Shown piece by piece: positions 27,626 through 36,241 of a stretch of 64,000 nt of DNA. This stretch comes from Verrucomicrobiia bacterium (GTDB lineage Bacteria > Verrucomicrobiota > Verrucomicrobiia > Limisphaerales > UBA11358): contig DATCEV010000055.1 in NCBI GenBank assembly GCA_036509895.1, forward strand, positions 12,473-76,472, written 5' to 3'. A model generated the notes under the pieces. That model had not been told where the DNA came from. It worked only from the letters and a program-made list of their open reading frames with translations, and made no database searches. The stretch's first letter is position 1; each line of letters opens with the position of its first letter. The position numbers and the translations under genes were made by a program.

Positions 27626-27865
27626 TCAAAATTTCTCGTGCGGCAAGGGCAAACTCCGCGTCAAGCTGCCAACATCGCGGCCAAGTATTCTGGCAATAGC
27701 ACACATTTTTTTTAAGGACGGATTGCGCTGCCCTCTCTCCACTCCGCCGATATAACTTGGATCTGTATTCGACTTCAATGCGAGGTCTTCTTGGGACAAT
27801 CCTTTGACCCTGCGCGCTTCTCGAATCCTATGACCTAGCAATTGCATCGAAGTTAGCTTTTTCAA
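27626..27865 (-). CDS. XRE-family helix-turn-helix regulator
   Basis: LGHRIREARRVKGLSQEDLALKSNTDPSYIGGVERGQRNPSLKKMCAIARIL is a canonical HTH_XRE. Confidence 0.75.
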   Translation of the reverse strand: MKKLTSMQLLGHRIREARRVKGLSQEDLALKSNTDPSYIGGVERGQRNPSLKKMCAIARILGRDVGSLTRSLPLPHEKF

Positions 27866-28013
27866 CCATTGCAGGCTCTTCTATAAATGGATTTTCCGTC
27901 CAGTGACTATATTCACGATTTTTTCCTTGTATTATGAAGCCATATCTTGTAAAAATACCATTCAAGGGTGACCTTCAGGCGTTTCGAGGCCGCCGGTTAA
28001 AAAAGCAAAATCT

Positions 28014-29863
28014 ATGAAAACATCCATTAAACTTGTCTTAATTGTAGCCTTATTCGTTTCGTCTTTTTCGTCCCAAGCCATCACCAACACGGTCATTGCG
28101 TTTCGGGAACGAACATTGTCCTTTCGTGGCCGAGCTTCGGTTATGAAAGCTATCTCATTCAATATCGCCAGACGCTCAATTCGACCGATTCATGGTCGGC
28201 CCTGACCAATGCTTATCCGGCGAACAGCACGAACCGGACAACCTTTACGATTTCAGCCAACCCGCCAACCGGCAGTTTTTATGCAACAAATACCGGCGAT
28301 GGTTCGATTGATCCCAATGACACGAACACGACTTCCTTTGACGGCACCAATACGCTGCAACCGGGCACCGGCTTTTTCCGCGTGTTTCATATTCCAGACT
28401 GGCTTGTCAGTTTTTCGGGCTACACTTTCGATGGCCCGACTTTTATCCCGGTGGATTTTTCCGCGCCGGACGCCGATACAAACTATATTGACAATGTCAC
28501 GGTGCTGATCAATGGCCAGCCCACGGATTACGCGACCTTTATTCCTGACACCATTGACGGAACGACTTATTGGGGAATGGGAGTTTACTTTGACCGGTTT
28601 GCCAATGGAACCAACACCATTCAATTGATCACGACCGTGCGGGAATCCGACACGTTGAATGACCAGACGCCTTACATGGTTTTCTCCAATGCGCCGCAAA
28701 CCATTGTCATCGGAAATTTTGTGACTTACACCAATTGGGACGATTTGATTTGGAACAACACCAACTATACTTTCCGGGCGCAAAGCAGCGCCACGAACGT
28801 GGATTGGGAAATTGACATTTACGATATTTATGGCGACTTCGTGAATTCTCAAACCGGCCACTCCGACGATGGCAATATTTCCTGGACGTGGGATTTGACG
28901 GATTATACCGGCGCTTCGCGCGCGGACTCCGATTCTGATCCGGTTTTTTATCCTTACATTACCATCACTGAAAATTCAGAAAGCTTGGTTCAATTAGGCA
29001 GCGTTCATCCCGATGCTGGTGGTGGCAGCGCCACAATGCCGCCCGCCGCCGCGTCCTTCCCCAGCGCCGGTGGATGGATTATTGCCTATATGGACAATTT
29101 TTTTATTGACGCTGGACAAAGCGGCGAAGATGACTATTACAAAGGGGTAATGAACAATTTGGTCGGAGGTCCGGCTTTGTGGGACATCTCGGTGACACCC
29201 TATGCAATTGAATACGGCAGCAATTACGCGCAAGCAGATCGCGATGGCAGTTGGAGCAACCTCGTCAATGTGCTTTCCAATCCGCAGTATCGGAATTTTT
29301 ATTATTTCGGACATGGTGCTCCTGATCGTATCGGCGGAGACATAACCACCTTTGACAGCAGCAATAATCCGACCGGCGCAACAGAATTCCCCGGCTCAAA
29401 AGCTCATTTAATGAGTCAGGACGTCCCTGACAAAATTACTGTCAATAATCCCCTCGGCGCATGTTTTTACCGTTTCGTTTTTTTAGATGGCTGTAATACG
29501 GCCAATGGCGATTTACCGGATGCTTGGGGTATCGGCAAAGCCACAAATGATTTGGCTTATTACAACAGCCCTGGCAACACTCGTCATCTGCGTCCCTCTG
29601 CGTTTGTCGGCTGGAACACCACGCCCGGTGGCAGCGGCTGGGGAACGCAAGATAACGCTTTGGGATTCCGCAGTTCCTGGATGGGGAACTGGTCGGTAAA
29701 TAATGGCAATCCTAGTGATGGGCTGAGCGATATTTTCACCTTCACAGCCGATAATTACGGCTGGCCGCCAAACCGTTCCCCGCAACTTTGGAGTGCCTTG
29801 CGTGTTTATGGTTATCGTAATATAAAATTTAATGAATATAATCGCCAAGGCGACTGGCCGTAA
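28014..29863 (+). CDS. Secreted multidomain protein with a C-terminal caspase/CHAT-like His-Cys dyad; needs a -1 shift near 28103
   Basis: Signal peptide ORF 28014..28205. The frame of ORF 28382..29863 is open back to 28031 with no start codon (..GTNIVLSWPSFGYESYLIQY..FFRVF). Later motifs are FYYFGHGAPD (His at 29312) and FVFLDGCNTANG (Cys at 29492). Confidence 0.55.
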
Positions 29864-29867
29864 TCAA

Positions 29868-31184
29868 ATGCTTCGAGCAATCACGATCCGCTTTGTTTTT
29901 TTTGCGCTGCTCTTCTGCGGCATGACGGAGAAGTCGTCCGGCATGATCGTGAAATTCAGTCCAAGAATAAATATTTTTCAGGTCACGCCGGAATACTCCA
30001 ATGCCGTCGTAGCGGTGTTGTTGCCCTATTATTCCGATTTTGCAAAAAAGCTGGATTTGCCCATTTCTCTTCCAATCAAGGCTGAAGACATTGCTCACTG
30101 GGCGATTGTGCCAAATGAAAATCCGAAAGGCGAATGGGCAGGAGGCAGCATCGGTCTTAAGAACGGCTGGTCTTTCAGTTTTCAATTCGGCTGCGTCAAT
30201 GGTTTTGAAAGTTCACATTCTTACTTTGGGCTGCAAGACCCTCATGAAATTCCCAAGTTCTACGGACAAGTTAAGATGACGACCAACGAGATTGTCCAAC
30301 TGGCGCGCGACACAATCAAGAAGCTTGGAATACCATTGGAAGAGGTTTTTGCCGATCAAGAGCCACAAATCAAGCCTCCTGAACACGTTGGCACAAATAC
30401 CGTGCCTTGTTATATGATAGAATGGCCTGATCCCTATGGAGATTATATCAGGATGGAAATCAACGCCGAAACCAAACGGGTGGAAAACTTGTATATGCTT
30501 TCCCGCAATCTCAAGCGGCCTTCGCCAAAAATAAATGTCGTCCCGCCAAAAGCACGCGGCTTTGAACATCTTCCGACAATAAATCCTGATTATGTATGGA
30601 AGCTGATTCCCATGATGCTTCAGGCCATAGATGAATACGCGCAAACACTTTCCCTGCCCATTCCGCATCCGTTGAACACAAACGCTGTTGCGATAGTCGA
30701 AGCTCACGATAATGGCGGCTGGCCGCATTGTGAAATCACGCTTACCAACGGCTGGCGTTTCATTTATCGCCACACGATGGTCAACGGCTATTACAATCCA
30801 GATAATTTTTTCATGAGGGACTACTGTCCTTTTCATCTCAAGGATTTTGAGGGCAAATGGAACTTGAACACAAATCAAGCCGTTGAATTGGTTAAAAAAA
30901 CGCTCGCTAAACTCAATTATCCCACCAACAACATTCACATGAATTTTCAGCCGGAAATTCTCTATGCCGCCGGCGATTTCAAGAAAATCATCCCGCGCTA
31001 CTTTTTTGAATGGGATTACGACAATGCAACCCATGATGACCTGCAATCCAAAGTGGAAGCCGAAGTCAACGCCGATAACGGCAAACTGGAATCGCTTTAT
31101 TACGACGACAAAGCCTATTGGGATAGTCGCCCGCCCATTGACGTTCCCATTTCGTCAGGAAAATATCCAAACCTTCCGCGATGA
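29868..31184 (+). CDS. Secreted protein made of two about 190-aa tandem modules with PepSY-like ends
   Basis: Start MLRAITIRFVFFALLF, 5 nt after the upstream stop. Internal duplication: IGLKNGWSFSF/ITLTNGWRFIY and MEINAETKRVENLY/EVNADNGKLESLY. Confidence 0.6.
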   Translation: MLRAITIRFVFFALLFCGMTEKSSGMIVKFSPRINIFQVTPEYSNAVVAVLLPYYSDFAKKLDLPISLPIKAEDIAHWAIVPNENPKGEWAGGSIGLKNGWSFSFQFGCVNGFESSHSYFGLQDPHEIPKFYGQVKMTTNEIVQLARDTIKKLGIPLEEVFADQEPQIKPPEHVGTNTVPCYMIEWPDPYGDYIRMEINAETKRVENLYMLSRNLKRPSPKINVVPPKARGFEHLPTINPDYVWKLIPMMLQAIDEYAQTLSLPIPHPLNTNAVAIVEAHDNGGWPHCEITLTNGWRFIYRHTMVNGYYNPDNFFMRDYCPFHLKDFEGKWNLNTNQAVELVKKTLAKLNYPTNNIHMNFQPEILYAAGDFKKIIPRYFFEWDYDNATHDDLQSKVEAEVNADNGKLESLYYDDKAYWDSRPPIDVPISSGKYPNLPR

Positions 31185-31218
31185 TCTTTTTCGACTATAA
31201 TTATTCAGAGGATTGTCC

Positions 31219-31530
31219 ATGATGAATTTGAAGACGAGAGCAGTATTTTGTCTGGTTGCGGTCTTATTGGCTTCCGTCAACTTATTCGCAAGTCCGGCAG
31301 ATAATTATGTGCACATGGATTTTGCGCCAAGTGTTTATGCCGCCGCCGTGGAAAAGGAACATATTCCGCGTCTGGAATTCGAGTGGATTTACCAGGTTCC
31401 CGATCAATGGCAATCATGGCTGGATGCCGAAGTGAATACCGACAGTGGCAAGTTGGAATCGCTCGATTACAATAATGAGGCGTATTGGAACAGTCGCCCG
31501 CCGATTGATGCGCCGATTTCCATCAAATAA
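31219..31530 (+). CDS. Small secreted paralog of the C-terminal PepSY-like unit of the preceding protein
   Basis: GAGGA lies 8 nt before the ATG. Signal peptide present. DAEVNTDSGKLESLDYNNEAYWNSRPPIDAPIS matches the upstream protein tail at 24 of 33 residues (own count). Confidence 0.6.
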   Translation: MMNLKTRAVFCLVAVLLASVNLFASPADNYVHMDFAPSVYAAAVEKEHIPRLEFEWIYQVPDQWQSWLDAEVNTDSGKLESLDYNNEAYWNSRPPIDAPISIK

Positions 31531-31574
31531 CGCAAATCCCTCAATTTAAGCGGTTTTTACATGTAAAATCCATC

Positions 31575-31805
31575 AGCTGACACGTCGAACTCAACCAGTC
31601 ACACGTCAAATTCAGTGGCGCGCACGGCAAATAGTTCGCCTGACCCATCAAATTCACCGGCTCGCCCATCAAATTCAGCAGGTCACCTCTTCCATTCGGG
31701 AACTTACCCTTCAAATTCATCGCGTCGCACGGACCATTTGATTGCCCGCGCCTTCAATTGAACGGCGGGCACGAACCTTTCAACGACTCACCTGACTTTC
31801 ATGGC
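31575..31805. repeat. Eleven degenerate direct repeats with an exact 21-bp period
   Basis: Own alignment. TCAAATTCA sits at the same column in 4 units with degenerate versions in the others. Columns 6-7 are purine-C in all 11 units. Confidence 0.75.
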
Positions 31806-31824
31806 CACAAAGATTTATCGCCGC

Positions 31825-31852
31825 TTGCCGCCGTTCAATTTTTCGATATAAT
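31825..31852 (+). promoter_or_regulatory. Candidate sigma70 promoter of glgC
   Basis: TTGCCG, a 16-nt spacer, then TATAAT at 31847-31852, about 18 nt before the glgC ATG. Confidence 0.4.
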
Positions 31853-31869
31853 AAATTTGCACCAAGAAT

Positions 31870-33177
31870 ATGTCCCAAACCGGCCGCCAATCTTTGAACA
31901 CGAGCAAAGTCCTTTGTGTCATCATGGGCGGCGGCCAGGGCACGCGGCTTTTTCCCCTCACCAAAGATCGCGCCAAGCCCGCCGTGCCGCTCGCGGGAAA
32001 ATACCGGCTCGTGGATATTCCGATTTCCAATTGCATCAACTCCGGCTTCCGGCGCATCTATGTTTTGACGCAATTCAATTCCACGTCGCTGCACGGCCAC
32101 ATTTCGCGCACTTACAAATTCGACCAGTTCACCAGCGGCTTCGTGGAAATTCTCGCCGCGCAACAAACCTTGACCAATACGTCCTGGTATGAAGGCACCG
32201 CCGACGCCGTGCGAAAAAATCTCCAGCACTTTCTCAATCACGATTTCGATTACCTGCTGATTTTGAGCGGCGATCAATTGTATCGCATGGATTATCGCCT
32301 GATGATTGAGCAGCACGTGGAAAGCGACGCGGACATCACCGTCGCCACGATTCCCGTCGGGCGAAACGAAGCGCGATCCTTTGGCATCATGCAAATGGCC
32401 GAAGACCGGCGCATCACGCGCTTCGAGGAAAAGCCGAAAGACCCGGCGGTGCTCGACTCGCTGCATTTGCCGCCGGAATGGCGGAAAAAATTCCGGATCG
32501 AGGACGGCGGCGAAAAATTTCTCGCCTCCATGGGCATTTATATTTTCAACCGCCAACTGATTTGCGAGCTGCTCGACAATCCGCTGTCCGATTTTGGCAA
32601 GCACATCATTCCGCACGCCATCAATTCGCGCCGCGTTTTCTCCTACGTTTTTGAAGGCTATTGGGAGGACATCGGCACCATCCGCTCTTTCTTCGAGGCA
32701 AACCTGGATTTGGTTTCCGAACTGCCGCGCTTTAATTTCTTCGACATGAGCGCGCCGATTTTTTCGCGCCCGCGCTATCTGCCCGGCTCGAAAATCAACG
32801 GCGCGGAAATCAAGCACGCCGTCATTTCCGATGGCTGCATCCTCAACCACGCGCGCATCCAGAACACCATCATCGGCCTGCGCACGTTTGTGGGCGCGGG
32901 CACGGAATTGAATCGCGTCATCACGCTTGGCAGCGATTTTTACGAGGCGCAGGAATCCGTCGAGCAACACGCGCGCGAAGGCAAACCGCGCATCGGCATC
33001 GGCGCCAATTGCAAAATTGAAAATGCCATCATTGATAAAAACGCGCGCATCGGAAATGACGTCACCATTTCGCCCGCCGGAAAACCCGATAGCGTTGACC
33101 ACGAACTTTATTTCATCCGCGACGGCATCGTCATCATCCCCAAAAATGCCGTCATCCCGAACGGGACTGTGATTTGA
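31870..33177 (+). CDS. glgC: Glucose-1-phosphate adenylyltransferase
   Basis: GGGQGTRLFPLTKDRAKPAVP and GTADAV, with a C-terminal left-handed beta-helix. 435 aa. Confidence 0.9.
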   Translation: MSQTGRQSLNTSKVLCVIMGGGQGTRLFPLTKDRAKPAVPLAGKYRLVDIPISNCINSGFRRIYVLTQFNSTSLHGHISRTYKFDQFTSGFVEILAAQQTLTNTSWYEGTADAVRKNLQHFLNHDFDYLLILSGDQLYRMDYRLMIEQHVESDADITVATIPVGRNEARSFGIMQMAEDRRITRFEEKPKDPAVLDSLHLPPEWRKKFRIEDGGEKFLASMGIYIFNRQLICELLDNPLSDFGKHIIPHAINSRRVFSYVFEGYWEDIGTIRSFFEANLDLVSELPRFNFFDMSAPIFSRPRYLPGSKINGAEIKHAVISDGCILNHARIQNTIIGLRTFVGAGTELNRVITLGSDFYEAQESVEQHAREGKPRIGIGANCKIENAIIDKNARIGNDVTISPAGKPDSVDHELYFIRDGIVIIPKNAVIPNGTVI

Positions 33178-33260
33178 GGAAAAATTTTAATTCGCCGCGC
33201 CACCCGGTTTTTTATCGGCAACCGCATCGCCCGCAATGAAATTCGTAGAGTGGCCTAAAA

Positions 33261-33830
33261 TCATTTTACCCACTGCGGATTTTCCATGAAGGCGTAGCAG
33301 AGCAGATGGCAGATGTTCATTTGCACATCCTCAACGCGGCCATAATGCGTGTCGCCGATGGCGATGACATTTTCCGCGACTTCCGCCATGCGCCCGCGTT
33401 TACCGCCGACGAGCGCGATGGTTTTCAATCCATTTTTGCGCGCCCATTCCAGCGCCTTCACGCAATTGGGCGAATTGCCGCTGACGCTGATGCCCAGCGC
33501 GATGTCGCCGGGTTTGCCATAATTTTGCAATTGTCCGACGAACACATCTTCGTAGGCGTAATCGTTCGCGAGCGCGGTCATCCAACTCACATTGTCGCAA
33601 AGCGAAAGAACGCGAAAACGTTTGCCGATTTTGTCGGACGCGCCTTTGCCGAGGTCGGTGGCGAAGTGCGAGGAATTCATCGCGCTGCCGCCGTTGCCAA
33701 AACAAAAAATATTTTGGTCGGCTTTCAACGCTTCGCGCAGCAGCTCGATCAGTTTGGCGATTTCATCGGCGGGAACGGAATCGAACGCGGCTTTCTGCGC
33801 GCGAACGTAATCGGAAATCCATTGCTTCAT
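33261..33830 (-). CDS. gmhA: D-sedoheptulose 7-phosphate isomerase (SIS domain)
   Basis: FCFGNGGSAMNSSHFATDL and ISVSGNSPN. 189 aa. Confidence 0.85.
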   Translation of the reverse strand: MKQWISDYVRAQKAAFDSVPADEIAKLIELLREALKADQNIFCFGNGGSAMNSSHFATDLGKGASDKIGKRFRVLSLCDNVSWMTALANDYAYEDVFVGQLQNYGKPGDIALGISVSGNSPNCVKALEWARKNGLKTIALVGGKRGRMAEVAENVIAIGDTHYGRVEDVQMNICHLLCYAFMENPQWVK

Positions 33831-33884
33831 TGCGAACTAGGATGAAGATTCCCGGCGGGTTTGTCAGCGACAATTTTACTGCGG

Positions 33885-34460
33885 CTAAAAATAATCCGGC
33901 TCGTTTCCGTCTTTCCATTTGAGGTTGCAGCCGATGCTGGGCGCCTGGAATTCGGAGGTGATTTTTCCCGCGAGCACGGCGTCGAACGCGGCGCGCAAAT
34001 CTTTTCCGGTCACGGGAATTCCGTTTCCCGGACGGCTGGCGTCAAACTGGCCGCGATAAACCAGCCGGCGGCCACGGTCGAACAGAAAAAAATCCGGCGT
34101 GCAGGCGGCGCGATAATTTTTGGCGACCGCCTGCGATTCGTCGTAAAGATACGGAAAAATGTAACCGGCGCGTTTGACTTCTTCCTTCATTTTGGCCGGG
34201 CTGTCGTCGGGATAATTTTCCACGTCATTGGAATTGATGCCGACGATGGCGATATTCTTCGGCGCATAATCGCGCGCGAGTTGCGCGAGGCCGGCGCGAA
34301 TGTGGATCACATACGGGCAATGGTTGCACATGAAAATCACGAGCAACGCGGGCGCATTTTTGAAATCGGCCAGCGAAACAATTTTTCCGTTCGTGTCCGG
34401 CAATTTGAAGTCCGGCGCGCTCGTGCCGAGCGGCAGCATGGTGGACGGTGTCAGAGCCAT
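33885..34460 (-). CDS. Thioredoxin-fold redoxin (AhpC/TSA-like) protein
   Basis: APDFKLPDTNGKIVSLADF..LLVIFMCNHCPYV (CxxC). Only the last 191 codons of track ORF 33885..35081 look real. Confidence 0.75.
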   Translation of the reverse strand: MALTPSTMLPLGTSAPDFKLPDTNGKIVSLADFKNAPALLVIFMCNHCPYVIHIRAGLAQLARDYAPKNIAIVGINSNDVENYPDDSPAKMKEEVKRAGYIFPYLYDESQAVAKNYRAACTPDFFLFDRGRRLVYRGQFDASRPGNGIPVTGKDLRAAFDAVLAGKITSEFQAPSIGCNLKWKDGNEPDYF

Positions 34461-34512
34461 GCCGGAATTTGAACCGGCGCAAAAATTTTCGCAAGCTGCG
34501 ATTAAAACTTTT

Positions 34513-34579
34513 AGACAGAATTTACAGAATTGTGCAAAATTGTTTTTTCTAATTTGGTGAATTTTGTTAATTCTGTCCA
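34513..34579. repeat. Inverted repeat of acagaatt units (family B)
   Basis: gacagaatttacagaattgtgcaaaatt ... aattttgttaattctgtc. A related half-element lies near 44068-44110. Confidence 0.55.
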
Positions 34580-34586
34580 GAAGTCC

Positions 34587-35123
34587 GTGCCAAAGAACAT
34601 TGTTTATTTCGATCTCGAAACACAGAAGTCCGCCGATGAAGTGGGCGGCTGGGGCAACATTTCCAAAATGGGCATGAGCGTGGGCGTGACCTTCAACAGC
34701 GCGAGCGGCGACTACAAAATTTATCACGAAAAAAATGTCGGCGACCTCATCACGGAATTGCAGCGCGCGGATTTGGTGATCGGTTTCAACAACCTGCGGT
34801 TCGACTACGAAGTGTTGCACGGCTACACGTCGTTTGATCTGACGCAATTGCCGACGCTCGACATGCTGGTGGAGTTGCAGACGATTTTGAATCACCGGCT
34901 CTCGCTCGACTCGATTGCGACGGCGACGTTTGGCGTGGAAAAAACGGCGGAAGGTTTGCAGGCGATCCGCTGGTTCAAGGACGGACGATTTTTGGAGATC
35001 GCGGAATACTGCTGCTACGACGTGAAGCTGACGAAGCTCGTTCACGAACACGGCGCGCATCACCGGCAATTGCATTATCAAAACCGTTTTGGCAAGAAAA
35101 TGACCGTGCCAGTAAAATGGTGA
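34587..35123 (+). CDS. DEDD-type 3'-5' exonuclease-like (RNase H fold) protein
   Basis: YFDLET (Exo I), GFNNLRFDYEVL (Exo II) and YCCYDVKL (Exo III-like). GTG start chosen just after the repeat; track ORF starts at 34530. Confidence 0.6.
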   Translation: MPKNIVYFDLETQKSADEVGGWGNISKMGMSVGVTFNSASGDYKIYHEKNVGDLITELQRADLVIGFNNLRFDYEVLHGYTSFDLTQLPTLDMLVELQTILNHRLSLDSIATATFGVEKTAEGLQAIRWFKDGRFLEIAEYCCYDVKLTKLVHEHGAHHRQLHYQNRFGKKMTVPVKW

Positions 35124-35172
35124 TTTGGAACTTTTGAAATCCGTTGAAATTTTTCAACGGCGTGCCGCGCGG

Positions 35173-35205
35173 ACAAAAAAAGAGAGCCGGACACTACTCC
35201 GGCTC
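35173..35205 (-). terminator. Strong Rho-independent terminator
   Basis: Minus strand reads GAGCCGG-AGUAGUGU-CCGGCUC followed by UCUUUUUUU. Confidence 0.65.
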
Positions 35206-35629
35206 CCAATGAGAACTACACGCTCTAAAAACATCTCGCAGTTTGCGCGGCTGCGAACCTGTCGGATGCGGCGCCGCAGACCTACGCCTTACTACACACA
35301 GAACACTGCATTTGTGCATCAACAACGAGACCAAGATAACAGAGTCCGCGTCCCCTGCGAGTCACCAGTTATGGTTACACGAATCAAAAATTTCAAACGC
35401 GATAAATATCGCGTGGCTGCCGATGTCCACGGTGAAAACCACTTCGCCTTCAATTTCCGCTGCGTAATGGTCTTGCCGTAATATACCGACAAGCTGTTGA
35501 TTTTATGCGCGCACAACCGCGGGTCGAACGGATTTGCTTTGAAAATTTCTGAAGGCCGTCTTTGCCGAGCAAAGCCTCGATCAAAATAGTTATGACAAGC
35601 GGCATATTGCCGTTTATGGAATCACAGCG

Positions 35630-35869
35630 TTAGAGAAAATTAGAGATGAGTTGAAACAAAAAGCTCAAAATGAGCATCAAGAATCCAATCCTTGACTTGC
35701 AATCAAATTTTTTAGCCAATGCAACTTCATGTTCATCAACATTTCCTGTGGCGCGATATTCTGCACCAGTTCTGTCAACGGATGCTGGAAGTCCAAATAT
35801 CCAAATCAGGGTTGAACCAACAACGCCAATCAGCAACCCAACACTATTCAGAATAATTTTGCAGGTCAT
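35630..35869 (-). CDS. Small two-TM membrane protein (79 aa)
   Basis: Two hydrophobic helices flank a charged loop of about 30 aa. Coding sequence is AT-richer than its surroundings. Confidence 0.5.
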   Translation of the reverse strand: MTCKIILNSVGLLIGVVGSTLIWIFGLPASVDRTGAEYRATGNVDEHEVALAKKFDCKSRIGFLMLILSFLFQLISNFL

Positions 35870-35962
35870 AAAAACAGAATGCCGGACTTAACCCAACCAA
35901 CAAACAGAATCATTTTGCTGTCATATCCATTCTGGAAGTCCCGTTATGGAGCCGTCTCGCTT

Positions 35963-36202
35963 TTATTGCTTTTCGCGTCCGGCCAAGGCAAAAATCGCAA
36001 CCAATATCAGAATTAAAAGAATGGGTGTCGGCATTGTCAGATACCGTAATGTCTCCCAAGTGATTGACGCAGGATTGCGCGCGCCATCCCAAACACTTTT
36101 TGCTCCTGCTCCAATAACCAGAATCAGAAAACCAAGTAGAACCATCTTTCGTTTGTAGTTGAGTTTCATTTTTTTGAAGGTCGGATTGGAAGCTAATTCC
36201 AC
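35963..36202 (-). CDS. Small two-TM membrane protein (about 68-79 aa)
   Basis: MKLNYKRKMVLLGFLILVIGAG ... PTPILLILILVAIFALAG. AT-richer than its surroundings. Alternative start at 36169. Confidence 0.45.
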   Translation of the reverse strand: MELASNPTFKKMKLNYKRKMVLLGFLILVIGAGAKSVWDGARNPASITWETLRYLTMPTPILLILILVAIFALAGREKQ

Positions 36203-36241
36203 TAATTTTTCAACATTTAATTTTGCGAAAACACTTGAGGT

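Noticed and set aside
31550-31741. The 21-bp array read as a heptad-repeat peptide (..VRLTHQI HRLAHQI QQVTSSI RELTLQI..) or as xxxSNSx repeats.
   Set aside because: The heptad-repeat (LTxQI) frame is open for about 63 codons but has no ATG, GTG or TTG, and the SNS frame has only one internal GTG, which would give a 46-aa product. Both frames stop within the array. At most this is a decayed coding remnant, so it is reported as a repeat.
33885-35081. 398-aa ORF suggesting a large protein.
   Set aside because: Only the last 191 codons (from MALTPST) form a thioredoxin-fold protein. The upstream part is antisense to the exonuclease-like gene and reads through a repeat.
35125-35481. 118-aa Arg-rich ORF on the plus strand.
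   Set aside because: It reads straight through the terminator hairpin, has an extremely basic low-complexity composition, and shows no motif.
35206-35629. Possible tmRNA, RNase P, SRP or 6S RNA upstream of the strong terminator.
   Set aside because: I found none of the conserved primary-sequence landmarks: no tmRNA 5' GGGG..UUCGAC or tag ORF with a 3' tRNA-like end, no RNase P GAGGAAAGUCC, and no SRP GGAA/AGCA tetraloop motif. It is kept only as an unexplained region.
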